Source: an uncultured virus (IMG/VR IMGVR_UViG_3300020171_000002)
Taxonomy: Duplodnaviria; Heunggongvirae; Uroviricota; Caudoviricetes
Virus record (IMG/VR): IMGVR_UViG_3300020171_000002
Length of the DNA: 64,000 nucleotides
Strand: one strand, 5' to 3'
Both the position numbers and the translations under genes were made by a program. The notes under the pieces were generated by a model. The model was not told where the DNA came from and did no database searches. It saw only the letters and a program-made list of their open reading frames with translations. Shown here piece by piece: positions 9,360 to 19,594 of the stretch (positions within the stretch are counted from its first letter, which is position 1; the number at the start of each line of letters is the position of its first letter).

Positions 9360-11081
9360 TTATCCCATTACTTCATAATCAACCACAATACATTGAGGAA
9401 TTCTAATTCCACCATATTCGTTAATACTTAATTTGCATATGGCATTAATCTTTAAATTTGCTCCAGACCAATCATTTTGCCTTGCTTGTAAAATAGCATC
9501 ATCTTGATTATTTTTAAATTTGATAAATTGGATTTCATTATTGTACAAGAACTTCCATGTATCTTCTGTTTTTCCCATGAGTTCAATATCGTTTGTATTT
9601 ACTGGAATGTTCCTTATTAATACCAAACTTTCTTCAATTCCATTTCCATAATAATCATATAGTTCATTCATATCTTTAATGATTTCTATGGTTAGATTTT
9701 CTATGTCAATTTCAAAATCTATATAATGAATAAATTCACCAAAATTAATATCTTTTAATTCTTCGTTTATTTTTTCAAGTGCTGGTTTTATGTTTTCTAT
9801 TTTTATACCCAATCCGAAGCTCGATGGATGCCCTTGTGCATATTCAAATAAACCCGTTTCCAATAAATAATCTTTTAGATTTTCAATTTGATTTCCATAA
9901 TTCCTAGCAGAACCAGCAAAAATATTATCTCTACCCTTTCTAATCAATAAACATGGTTTCTGATATTCTGAAGCCAGTTTCATAGCCGTTAAGCCCGTAA
10001 AACTATAATCCACTCCGTCAGCATCAACAAATAAAATCTTGTTTTTATTCCATTCATTTTTCTCAATCAAACCACGTAAATACTCCAATGACTTATCTAT
10101 TTCTCTATTCTGTTTTGCTTTCAGATTAGTAGCCAACCTAGCAACCATCTCTTGCATAGTTTCTTGAATCTCTTCTCCGCTTCGTTTCTTATATGGAAAA
10201 GTTGTTGTATCTCCAATAAACGCCTTAAACATCAATTCTTTTTCTTCTAAAGAACCTGATCTAATCAACGCATTGATCAATGGAGAAATATAAAAAGCAA
10301 CTATATTTACATTAATATTGTCTGTATTTCCAATTGAATAAGATTGTTTTTCTATGATTACTTGAATAAATTTATTTCTAATATTTTTCAAACCTTTAGT
10401 TACCAAATATCTATTTTCATATTCTAAAATCGACATAGAATCCGCAATAATAGACATAGCAACTAAATCATCAAAATCACTAGAGTCATCCCAAAATTCA
10501 GTATCTAAACTTTCTAAGAATTTTTTAGTTACTCCTGCTCCACTAAGGAACTTATTTGGATATTCTCCTAATTGGTTATTTACAACAACAGCATAAGGAT
10601 TTTCTACTTCTACCTGGTGATGATCTAAAATAATAGTTTGAATTCCTTTTTCCTGTAAAATTTTACATTCTTCAACATCGTTTGTTCCTGCATCTGGAAC
10701 TATAAGAAGATTAATTTTTGATTTTAGAATTTGTTGTAATAGATCATGAATACCGTGTTGTTTTTTGGTATGAATAAAATAAGTTAATTTGGATGAGTCA
10801 TAATTTCTTGATAGGTATTGATAGAGAATTGATGCTGAAGCGAATCCATCTGAATCGCTATCGCAAATAATTCCAATTTTTCCTTTATTCTTTATAGTTT
10901 CTAATAAAAGATTTTTAGCCTCATCTATATTTTCTAATAAGGAATAATTATGGACATTATCTTTTGTAAGCGATAAATATTCTCTAGGATTTTCAATATT
11001 CCTATTTAATAAAACAAATTCCTTAATTGTTTTATTTTCCAGTTCTTTTTCGTAATTTTTATTCAATAATTTATAATTCAT
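9360..11081 (-). CDS. recJ: RecJ-like ssDNA exonuclease (DHH)
   Basis: DSDSDG, ILDHH, LSGAGV, GSAR, QGH; start moved to the ATG at 11081, which has a GGAG RBS. Confidence 0.9.
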   Translation of the reverse strand: MNYKLLNKNYEKELENKTIKEFVLLNRNIENPREYLSLTKDNVHNYSLLENIDEAKNLLLETIKNKGKIGIICDSDSDGFASASILYQYLSRNYDSSKLTYFIHTKKQHGIHDLLQQILKSKINLLIVPDAGTNDVEECKILQEKGIQTIILDHHQVEVENPYAVVVNNQLGEYPNKFLSGAGVTKKFLESLDTEFWDDSSDFDDLVAMSIIADSMSILEYENRYLVTKGLKNIRNKFIQVIIEKQSYSIGNTDNINVNIVAFYISPLINALIRSGSLEEKELMFKAFIGDTTTFPYKKRSGEEIQETMQEMVARLATNLKAKQNREIDKSLEYLRGLIEKNEWNKNKILFVDADGVDYSFTGLTAMKLASEYQKPCLLIRKGRDNIFAGSARNYGNQIENLKDYLLETGLFEYAQGHPSSFGLGIKIENIKPALEKINEELKDINFGEFIHYIDFEIDIENLTIEIIKDMNELYDYYGNGIEESLVLIRNIPVNTNDIELMGKTEDTWKFLYNNEIQFIKFKNNQDDAILQARQNDWSGANLKINAICKLSINEYGGIRIPQCIVVDYEVMG

Positions 11082-11847
11082 TTGCTTTCTCCAATCTATC
11101 TTTACTAATTTCACAATACTCTTCTTCTTTTTCAATTCCATAACATTTACGTTTTAAATTTTTCGCAGCCAATAAGGTTGTACCTGAACCACAGGTAAAA
11201 TCAAGAATTGTGTCACCTTCATTAGTGTAGGATTTTATCAACCACTCCATTAACTCTATTGGTTTTTGAGTTGGGTGCAAATTAGTTCCCAATCCTTTTC
11301 TATTATCTGGAAAACAGGTTCTAATCGTTGTTGGAGTTCTTGTTGTTTTGTTTTCAAATGGAACTCTCTTTAATAATCCTTTTGCTCCTAGTTCGCTACT
11401 TTTTCTATGCGCCCTTTTATCTGAATAACTTTTAAACCCTTCATCATCAAATCTATTATATGATATTTTCCCTTCATTGAAAACAGCGATATTTTCATGA
11501 ACTGTTATGGGTTTATTATTTGCTTGTGCAAAATCTGTTCCTGCGTTTTTGTCCCATATAATCTCATATCTAAATATTTTTTCGTTACTACAAATTAACT
11601 TAGAAAAAAATGGATTTCTGCCAAATAAAATAATGGTGGAATTTATATTTCTTTTTAAAGCATTCAATTTATCCCACATTTCTTCAAAAGGTATAACGAC
11701 ATCCCACTTGCAGGCAGTAGTTCCATAGGGAGGATCGGTGATAATAGCATCAAACTTTAAGTTTTTTTCTATCATTTTCTGCATTGTTTCAATGGCTTCT
11801 CCGTGTAACAACGTACAATACTCATCTTTATAATATAATTTTGCCAA
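11071..11847 (-). CDS. DNA methyltransferase, N6A/N4C beta class (paralog 1)
   Basis: TDPPY, HPTQKP, DFTCGSGTT. Confidence 0.9.
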   Translation of the reverse strand: MAKLYYKDEYCTLLHGEAIETMQKMIEKNLKFDAIITDPPYGTTACKWDVVIPFEEMWDKLNALKRNINSTIILFGRNPFFSKLICSNEKIFRYEIIWDKNAGTDFAQANNKPITVHENIAVFNEGKISYNRFDDEGFKSYSDKRAHRKSSELGAKGLLKRVPFENKTTRTPTTIRTCFPDNRKGLGTNLHPTQKPIELMEWLIKSYTNEGDTILDFTCGSGTTLLAAKNLKRKCYGIEKEEEYCEISKDRLEKANEL

Positions 11848-11889
11848 AATTTTACCTCCAGTATTCTTTATTTTTCTATTCTACCATAC

Positions 11890-12909
11890 TTACTTTATTT
11901 TGTAAACATTATTTTTAACCAATGTTTCCCACACTTCTCTCCTATCACTTGGAGCTTCCTTCTCTCTCAACAAATCATCTTCATCAAAAATAGCATAAAT
12001 ATCAATTCCATCAGTAAACCTTTCAGATATTTTTTCTATTGTTTCTTTTTTTATATCTTTATCAAAACAAAAACAAATCGGAACTCCTAACCTACTTATT
12101 TTATCTATTTGTGTTTGTCCTATTTTTGTGCCACCTGTAGCAATAGAATTATAATAACCATAAGACCATAACTGTAAAACAAATTTTTCAGCCTCCCCCA
12201 CATAAACAATGCCTTGTTTTTTTATAAATGAATGAGTTTTATGATATCCAAAGAGAATTCTATTTCTAGGACATGGATATAGATATAAATATTTCTGTTC
12301 CCATTCTTCAACATGATCTTTAAATAATCTTCCTTTATAAGACACTAAATCTCCAATTTCAGAATGTATCGGGATCAAGATCCTGTTACTTTCATTATCA
12401 TAAGATAAACCAAATTCATATTGAGTCTGATAATCTATTCCATCCTTAAGAAACATTGTGTTTCCAATCACAGGATAATATTTAATTATTTCTTCAGGTA
12501 ATGGTTTTATTGGAGTATCATCTTCATCTTCTCTTTTAGAACCCGTTTTCATACTCATTAATTGTTTTGTAATCAATAACTCTTTGGGAAGTTCTTCATT
12601 AGAATCTTTATAGAAATCAACTTCCAATAAGTCACAAATCCACTTTAAGGATTCAAAAAAATTGATACCTTTATAATATTCAATTAGTGTAAATATGTCT
12701 GATGGTTCTGGCATATCTTTTGTATAATTAATTACTTTTAGATTATCTTTATAGATTGTAACAGCATTAGGATTATCAGATGGAGGAGGATTTCCACAAG
12801 TCCAATAACCTGAATTATGAAACTTGATTTTTTGACAATTCAAATTCTCTAAAATATATTCTACTTTATCATTTTCGATAATATATTTTTTTAATTCTTT
12901 GACATCCAT
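11890..12909 (-). CDS. DNA primase (TOPRIM, SPbeta YorJ-like)
   Basis: RILIPIH..GDLVSYKGR, GEAEK, FDKD; adjacent to helicase. Confidence 0.8.
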   Translation of the reverse strand: MDVKELKKYIIENDKVEYILENLNCQKIKFHNSGYWTCGNPPPSDNPNAVTIYKDNLKVINYTKDMPEPSDIFTLIEYYKGINFFESLKWICDLLEVDFYKDSNEELPKELLITKQLMSMKTGSKREDEDDTPIKPLPEEIIKYYPVIGNTMFLKDGIDYQTQYEFGLSYDNESNRILIPIHSEIGDLVSYKGRLFKDHVEEWEQKYLYLYPCPRNRILFGYHKTHSFIKKQGIVYVGEAEKFVLQLWSYGYYNSIATGGTKIGQTQIDKISRLGVPICFCFDKDIKKETIEKISERFTDGIDIYAIFDEDDLLREKEAPSDRREVWETLVKNNVYKIK

Positions 12910-12910
12910 A

Positions 12911-14437
12911 TTAGGCTCTAATAACTATTCCAACATTATCCCATATATTATAATCCAAGTCATATTCAAATATTGGATAATTTGACTTATTACCTCCCCT
13001 ATTTTTTTCGGGTTTTAACAAAAAATATTTTTTACTTAAGTCTAATGGCATTCCTTTTGAAGTTCCCCAATAATCATTAGGAAGATATTTATATTTATGA
13101 TATTCAGAGGGCATAATTCTTTTCCCTAAAAGCATATAATCCACAGGATGTTTAATTTGTTTAGCGTTAGCAATCTCATTACTACTCATATCAAAAATAT
13201 CCATATGAACTGCCTGGTCAGCTAATTGAAAAACAAACCATCCCCAAATATTTAACTCACTCATTAATTCTTTTAATTTAGTAAATGATTGTTTTACTGT
13301 CATCCAATCATCAGTCCTATAACCCTTCATGGTATCGTAGGCAACATAATCAACACCATATAAAAGCTTATGTTTTCTAATTTCAAACTCCAATGTTTGA
13401 TCAGAATAATCAGTTCCCACGTTTTTAAAAAATATAAGTTTTTCTTTTCTTCCATCAATCCATTGACCGATTTTTATTATGTTCCTGTATTCTTCAGAAT
13501 CTCTTTCTAACCTATTTAGAAAATCTTCTTCACTTTCTACATAAACATCGTCATCATTTTTTTCTCTTTGAATGAATACTCCATTTTTATCTCTGTATTT
13601 TCCAAGAACAATTTCCCCTTCCATTTTTTTCATTTTGACACCGTGCAATTCCTGGAAACATTCATTATTAACAACGGTTGTAATCAAACAAGACTTTAAA
13701 TCTTCTTCATCCATTTCGTTTGACATAAGTAAAACAGGTTTGTTTTTCACTAATGCTATATAAGCCATGAGCATAACAAGATTTCGTGTTTTTCCTTCAT
13801 TGCTAAGGAATCCAGTTAATACAGCTTTTCCCAATCTCATTCCCTTAAACATTTCATCAATAACAATCCAGGGATAGGAGAGTCCTGCTTGTGGTTTTAT
13901 CACATAGGATTTAATATCTTTTTCTGCGTTTTCGTTAAGAATAACACTTTCTTGATTAGAAAGAATAACAGTATGAATTTTATCAACCTTAGAACGCATC
14001 ATTTTAAAAATGTCTTGTGCGCTCCAAATATCAAACTTTTTATGGTTTACAAGTTTTTCAACATTATATCCACTTCTATGAAATTCTCTGACTAAAGAAT
14101 ACTTTTTTAATATGGCAAAATAATTATCAAAATCTTCTGGATCTGATAAATTCATCCAATCATCTATTGTTTTATATCCACCATATTTTTTATATAGTTG
14201 CAATCTTTTTTCATCCATTATCATGAATGAATTTACTTTTGTTTCATTTATTTTTTGAGATATTGTTTGATATATTATTTCAAAACAATCATATAAAAAT
14301 TTCGATACTTCTCCTGCAAAGTCATACTTTGATTTAATTGATGATCCAAATGAAATGTACAATTCTGGATTTTTATAAAAAGTTCCAACTAACGCTATTT
14401 CATTTGGAATATTTTCTAAGTCGCTTTGTTCTATCAA
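12911..14437 (-). CDS. Replicative DnaB-like helicase (YorI-like)
   Basis: Walker A SNEGKT, SNEM, YDTMK, FQL, KNRGG. Confidence 0.85.
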   Translation of the reverse strand: MIEQSDLENIPNEIALVGTFYKNPELYISFGSSIKSKYDFAGEVSKFLYDCFEIIYQTISQKINETKVNSFMIMDEKRLQLYKKYGGYKTIDDWMNLSDPEDFDNYFAILKKYSLVREFHRSGYNVEKLVNHKKFDIWSAQDIFKMMRSKVDKIHTVILSNQESVILNENAEKDIKSYVIKPQAGLSYPWIVIDEMFKGMRLGKAVLTGFLSNEGKTRNLVMLMAYIALVKNKPVLLMSNEMDEEDLKSCLITTVVNNECFQELHGVKMKKMEGEIVLGKYRDKNGVFIQREKNDDDVYVESEEDFLNRLERDSEEYRNIIKIGQWIDGRKEKLIFFKNVGTDYSDQTLEFEIRKHKLLYGVDYVAYDTMKGYRTDDWMTVKQSFTKLKELMSELNIWGWFVFQLADQAVHMDIFDMSSNEIANAKQIKHPVDYMLLGKRIMPSEYHKYKYLPNDYWGTSKGMPLDLSKKYFLLKPEKNRGGNKSNYPIFEYDLDYNIWDNVGIVIRA

Positions 14438-14439
14438 TT

Positions 14440-15084
14440 TTAAATCTCCTCCAAATATTCAGATAAGTCTTTATTGTTGTTTGTAATATTTTGTTCGATT
14501 CCCATAGAATTTCTAAAATTATTTGTTGGTTGTGAAGATTCTATGGATTGCATTATTTCTATTTGTTGTTCCTCCTGTTTTCTCTTCCATTCATAATAGC
14601 TACTTGATTTATTTATTATAACACTTAAGTCATAGTTGAGTCTACTTTCTGGACTTAATTTTTTTCCTTTATTGATATTGTTAATATTAATTTGTTCTAA
14701 GTTATGCCATTGTCTTTTAAACATATCCAGAATATCTTCTGGAGGAATTTTCGTATTAATATCTTTCCAACTTCCATTGTGTATATCAGCTAACTTTTGA
14801 TATATGTAAGTTGGAATTACTATTAAATTATATTTTCTTTGTAACCATAAATATAAATGATTCTTATTAATTATTTCATTTATAAAATCTTTATTTTCTT
14901 TTATCAGTTGATCTGCTAAATCTTCTGCTTCTTGCTGAGTTGGAGTATTACGTTTCTTGCTTGTTTCTTTCTCTATAAAACAATCATAGTGATAATATTT
15001 TTTACTTTGAAGAACTGTTTTTAGCTCTTTTTCTAATTCGATATTTTCTTTACACAATCCACACTTCCGAGTGGTGATAATCAT
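14440..15084 (-). CDS. Replication-module protein with N-terminal Zn finger
   Basis: CGLC..HYDC; directly upstream of the helicase. Confidence 0.5.
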   Translation of the reverse strand: MIITTRKCGLCKENIELEKELKTVLQSKKYYHYDCFIEKETSKKRNTPTQQEAEDLADQLIKENKDFINEIINKNHLYLWLQRKYNLIVIPTYIYQKLADIHNGSWKDINTKIPPEDILDMFKRQWHNLEQININNINKGKKLSPESRLNYDLSVIINKSSSYYEWKRKQEEQQIEIMQSIESSQPTNNFRNSMGIEQNITNNNKDLSEYLEEI

Positions 15085-15124
15085 TTTACCTCCCGAAGTT
15101 ATTATTTTTATCTTTTTGTTTTTT

Positions 15125-15871
15125 TTATTCTAAAGAATTTTTGATCCTATTTACCGTAATTTCACAATACTTTTCTTCTTTTTCAATTCCATAACATTTA
15201 CGTTTTAAATTTTTTGCAGCTAACAAAGTCGTTCCCGATCCGCAAGTGAAGTCTAGAATTGTATCTCCTTCATTTGTATAAGTTTTTATTAAATATTCCA
15301 TAAGCAATATTGGTTTTTGTGTTGGATGTTTAGTTTTTTTATCTCTATTGAATTTTAAAATATTTAATGGATATTTTTCATAACGAATTTCTTTATTCCC
15401 AATAAATACTTGATCCTTATAGGTATTGCTTGAATTTCCACCACTTGATTTTATTGGTTTATCTGTTTTTATCATTTGGGGATTATAAGTTGGTTGATTT
15501 TTATAAAATATGGAAATATTTTCCGTACATTGTCCAAATTGATTTTTTAAAAATAAAAAATTTGTTGCTTGTTCTTTTTCCCATATTAATTCATAACGGT
15601 ATTCTTTTATATTTGAAACATTTAATAAAGACGTAAAAGGATTTTTTCCAAACAAACAAATTGCTGAATTATTTTTTCTGATAGAAAAAATAAATTTCCA
15701 CATATCTTCAAAGGGAATAATTACGTCCCATTTACATTGAGTTGTTCCATACGGAGGATCGGTAATAATAGCATCAAATTTTATTTTTTTTTCTATCATT
15801 CTCTGCATTGTTTCAATGGCTTCTCCGTGAAGTAAGGTACAATATTCATCTTCATAATATAATTTAATCAA
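15125..15871 (-). CDS. DNA methyltransferase, N6A/N4C beta class (paralog 2)
   Basis: TDPPY, HPTQKP, DFTCGSGTT; ends nearly identical to 11071-11847. Confidence 0.9.
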   Translation of the reverse strand: MIKLYYEDEYCTLLHGEAIETMQRMIEKKIKFDAIITDPPYGTTQCKWDVIIPFEDMWKFIFSIRKNNSAICLFGKNPFTSLLNVSNIKEYRYELIWEKEQATNFLFLKNQFGQCTENISIFYKNQPTYNPQMIKTDKPIKSSGGNSSNTYKDQVFIGNKEIRYEKYPLNILKFNRDKKTKHPTQKPILLMEYLIKTYTNEGDTILDFTCGSGTTLLAAKNLKRKCYGIEKEEKYCEITVNRIKNSLE

Positions 15872-15902
15872 AATTTTACCTCTTTATTTATCTTTTTGTT
15901 TT

Positions 15903-15938
15903 AAAATAGGGAAGAATTTTATTCTTCTTCCCTATTTT
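15903..15938. terminator. Intrinsic terminator-like hairpin
   Basis: AAAATAGGGAAGAA / TTCTTCCCTATTTT 14-bp inverted repeat. Confidence 0.65.
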
Positions 15939-16073
15939 ACTGAATTCTACCAATAATACACCTATAAAGTTATCTACCAATAATATACCATTAAAAACGC
16001 CCTAAATCGCCTAAAACCTGCCTCTAACAGCCTTCTAAAACCAATAAAATGAACATTTTATTTTTTATTCAAA

Positions 16074-18170
16074 TTAATCGTCTGAAGAAACAATTTTCAA
16101 GAATAATTTCAATTGTTCCAGATCTTCAATCTCTTTAAACCTTAGAGGCAATCCAGCTTCTTTTAGTTGTTCTCCTTTTTCACGTGCTGTCTCAGAATCT
16201 AATGCTTCTTTCATTTCCTGAATCTTTTTGTGGTAATCTTCAACAGTTTCTAATCCTTCAAAATTTGCCTTTTTAGCTTCAGTAAATTTCTGAGCTTGTT
16301 CTTGACGTACTGTTTCCTCTTGTTTCTTTTTCTTATCTAATTCTTTTTTCGTTAGTGGCTTTGTATAAGTTCCTTTTGCGCCTTGTTCAAAAGCACTAAT
16401 GTAATCACGTGCAGTCATGGGAACACGTTCTGGCATATCTTTGAAACGACTTCCTGCATCTACAAATCCATTGGGGCGAAAATAAATGTATCGTGTAGTT
16501 GATTCTAACGAATTATCTTTTACGTTTCTTTCGATATAACAAGAGGCGATAATATCTGCTTTATCTGTGAATAATGCATCATAATCAAATTCGAGATTAG
16601 AAGTTAATTGTTGATAACTTTCTTCCTGTCCCTTTTCCTTAATGTCACGAACCTTCGTATGTCCAACGAAAAACCAAGTATAACCTGCGTTTTCAACTTC
16701 CTTGATTTTGTCATTAATCAATTTACGAAGCATTTTCTTTCCTGCTCCATATCCACCTAAAGCAGCATTGATAGAAGTAGCTTTTTCGCCTTTTCGTTGA
16801 TAATGAATTTTCAACACCTTTTCTTCTGCGATAGCAATTAGTTCATCAACAGTATCAATTGCAATAATCTTGAATTCATTATCTGCTTTATTCAATACTA
16901 AGTCATCAACAATATCACAAAAATCTTCCCATGTTTGAGCTTCCATAGCATACAAATTATCTAATGCTTTGAAACCAGTTTCATTACCTGGAGCAATCAT
17001 TAATCCATATTTTGGATCTCCATAATATTCAACAATTAAATCTCGAAACAGTGTAGAATTGTGTGTAACAATAAATTCATCTGTAAGATATAATTCAGAT
17101 TCATCATCTACTTTAATACAGACACATTCTTCGTCTCCAACATAAGAAATATCAGAAATGAAACGAGTCAAATTAGGATTATGATTGTGAAACTTCGGTA
17201 GATGTTTTTTTGATGTAACTGGAATAAAATCGTTGGCTCTAATAACCATATAAAACGATTCTTTTCCTATCCTATGATCTTCGTGAATTGAAGCAAGTCC
17301 TCCTAAAGATTGAACCAGCCATTTTATATCTTCTGCTAACTGATAAGATTTTGTTGAATATCTAATTCCACCAGTTTCACTTACATGACCATCTGTATCC
17401 ATTAATCCTTGTAATAATTTTAATCTAATATCATATGAATTCTGTAAATATATTGTTGGAATAAATTTATCTGGAGATTTTAAACCTAATAGACCTAATT
17501 CATTTAAAATAGTTCTAATTGGATTTCGATATTCTCCTTCTGGTTTTTTAATTACATAGGCACAATTATTTTCAGAACTTCTTTTAAATCCACATCCATA
17601 TTTTTCAAAAACAATTTCCTCAATTTTTTCTAAAACATCTTCTTCGGTATTAGAAAATCCAACAACTTTGTTGCAAATGTAACCATCTCCTAATAATAAT
17701 CCTAATAAATAAGGATCTAGTGGAATTTCTTGTTCATCAAATTCGACAGAAGCCGCAATTGGAATTTCAAATTTTGGATGACGATAACCATTTTTATCTA
17801 AAGAAAAATAATCTTCTTTGATTTGATTCAAGGTTAAAGTTCTAGCAAATCCTTTTCCTAGAATCTTCATCTTATGAGTTCTTACTGTCCATAAGTGTTC
17901 ATCGGAACATCGAGTTTTACTTCCATCAGAGAATGTAACTTCATAAACAGGTTTTGTTCCTTGTGGAAAAATCCCGATTATTTTAGTTTTGCTTCCATCT
18001 ACTGTAAAAACAGTATCTCCAACTTGCAAACTCCCAATTGCAACTTCTCCATCGGGAGTTTGAACTGATGAATATAAGGGTTGGGCTTTACCTACCTTTT
18101 TAGTTCCACGTAAATAATGTCGAAAACTTTCTAATGCAACCTTTGGCTCATTTAAAACATATTTCATCAA
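16074..18170 (-). CDS. AAA_24/Sak4-like P-loop ATPase (YorG-like) interrupted by an intein
   Basis: Spliced Walker A GTKKVGK|ST, Walker B IAIDTVD, GYGAG, AGSRF. Confidence 0.8.
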   Translation of the reverse strand: MMKYVLNEPKVALESFRHYLRGTKKVGKAQPLYSSVQTPDGEVAIGSLQVGDTVFTVDGSKTKIIGIFPQGTKPVYEVTFSDGSKTRCSDEHLWTVRTHKMKILGKGFARTLTLNQIKEDYFSLDKNGYRHPKFEIPIAASVEFDEQEIPLDPYLLGLLLGDGYICNKVVGFSNTEEDVLEKIEEIVFEKYGCGFKRSSENNCAYVIKKPEGEYRNPIRTILNELGLLGLKSPDKFIPTIYLQNSYDIRLKLLQGLMDTDGHVSETGGIRYSTKSYQLAEDIKWLVQSLGGLASIHEDHRIGKESFYMVIRANDFIPVTSKKHLPKFHNHNPNLTRFISDISYVGDEECVCIKVDDESELYLTDEFIVTHNSTLFRDLIVEYYGDPKYGLMIAPGNETGFKALDNLYAMEAQTWEDFCDIVDDLVLNKADNEFKIIAIDTVDELIAIAEEKVLKIHYQRKGEKATSINAALGGYGAGKKMLRKLINDKIKEVENAGYTWFFVGHTKVRDIKEKGQEESYQQLTSNLEFDYDALFTDKADIIASCYIERNVKDNSLESTTRYIYFRPNGFVDAGSRFKDMPERVPMTARDYISAFEQGAKGTYTKPLTKKELDKKKKQEETVRQEQAQKFTEAKKANFEGLETVEDYHKKIQEMKEALDSETAREKGEQLKEAGLPLRFKEIEDLEQLKLFLKIVSSDD
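17058..18086 (-). mobile_element. Class 3 intein (343 aa) with LAGLIDADG homing endonuclease
   Basis: Starts AQPLYS, ends FIVTHN before Ser; EHLW, CVCIKVD; LLGLLLGDG and LQGLMDTDG. Confidence 0.9.
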
Positions 18171-18177
18171 TCACTCC

Positions 18178-18393
18178 TTAGTCTTCAAAATCATAGTTTT
18201 CTAAAATATCCCGAACAGCATTACGAATATCTGAAGGATCATAATGTAGCTTTCTTAAAAGTTCAGCAAAAGTTTCTGTAATCATTTGAATATCTTCAAT
18301 TTCAGTATCCGGTAAATTTTTTCTGTCTAACTTTACTGTTACATTGCTGAGTTCATCAACTGCACTCATCTTTACGGTTTTCAATTCTCTCAT
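18178..18393 (-). CDS. Hypothetical protein
   Basis: ORF with AGGAG RBS. Confidence 0.6.
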   Translation of the reverse strand: MRELKTVKMSAVDELSNVTVKLDRKNLPDTEIEDIQMITETFAELLRKLHYDPSDIRNAVRDILENYDFED

Positions 18394-18412
18394 AAAATCT
18401 CCTGTTTTATTT

Positions 18413-18440
18413 TAGGTGGAATATATTTCAATTCCACCTA
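18413..18440. terminator. Hairpin / terminator
   Basis: TAGGTGGAAT / ATTCCACCTA 10-bp inverted repeat. Confidence 0.6.
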
Positions 18441-18453
18441 TTTTTAATAATAA

Positions 18454-19506
18454 TTACCAGCCAGTTTCTTCCTCATCTTCGATAGGAGTAGTGTCACCCC
18501 ATTCGGTAGTTCCAGTAGTAGAAGTATTCTGTGTTTTGAACCCTTCTTTTTCTGATTGTGCTTTCTTCATTGCTTGAAGTGCGTTATCCATTTTGGCTTC
18601 ACTATAATCTTCACGATTCATAGATTTGGGATCTGCACCTGTAATAACAAATAATTTTTTATAAGGGGAACGAACAGATTCCATAGTATTACTTGAACCC
18701 CAAACATCTTCAGATGCAACTTCTTCTTTATTGCGTTCAGTTTCCAAATTGCCCCATGTTTTAATGAATGTATAGGGTTTCAATGTTTTGAAATTCTTTC
18801 CCAATGCAGAATCTCGAATGAAGAATTCAGATTGTTCAATGGAGTTATAATTTACAATACTTCCATGAACATTTGCGCCAAGAATTTCCTCACCATCTTT
18901 CACCATTTCCATATCCATAAAGACAAATGTTTGAGTAAAATCTGATTGAACTTCAAAATCTTCTTCTTCAAAATCAACATCTTTACATAAGGAAATTTGG
19001 TTAGGAACAAGTTTAACACTTCGTTGTAGTTCACCATTATTGTTGTTGAAACTAGAATATTCTAATTTCCCACGAACAAATACTGACATTCCATCTTTTA
19101 AGTGTTCGTTGATATATCCACAGGCATCAAAAGGAACAAGATTTTTTTTATCGTTTACATCATTCCCTTTTTCGTCTTTGGTTTTTTCAAGACCTAAGTT
19201 CATTCCGATTAAACGATATCCTTCTTTTCGGAAAGAATTACGAGATTTCCAATCCTGACTAATCGTTTTCTTATCGTCTTTTGAGTAGAAATATACTTTT
19301 TCTTGAGTCATTCCATTGATCGATAAATAATGAACCCAATCCTTTGAAACCTGAACACCGAAATTGATCATGCGAAATGGTCTACCATTTTTATCGTTCT
19401 TTTCCTGATAAAAAGTTGGTTTTGCCACTCCAGTAATCACACCCTTTAAGGCAAATGATCCATCGGTTTGTTCTAAATCACCAAAACTTTCGTGCGTTTT
19501 TGCCAT
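18454..19506 (-). CDS. Probable ssDNA-binding protein
   Basis: OB-like VFVRGKLEY, acidic tail ending in W, position in replication module. Confidence 0.55.
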   Translation of the reverse strand: MAKTHESFGDLEQTDGSFALKGVITGVAKPTFYQEKNDKNGRPFRMINFGVQVSKDWVHYLSINGMTQEKVYFYSKDDKKTISQDWKSRNSFRKEGYRLIGMNLGLEKTKDEKGNDVNDKKNLVPFDACGYINEHLKDGMSVFVRGKLEYSSFNNNNGELQRSVKLVPNQISLCKDVDFEEEDFEVQSDFTQTFVFMDMEMVKDGEEILGANVHGSIVNYNSIEQSEFFIRDSALGKNFKTLKPYTFIKTWGNLETERNKEEVASEDVWGSSNTMESVRSPYKKLFVITGADPKSMNREDYSEAKMDNALQAMKKAQSEKEGFKTQNTSTTGTTEWGDTTPIEDEEETGW

Positions 19507-19594
19507 GCAATTTCTCCTTTAATTTAATAAAATTTTTAATAATAAGTAAACTTAATAAAACAATAATTTTATTTATTATGTCAAATCATCCTCC

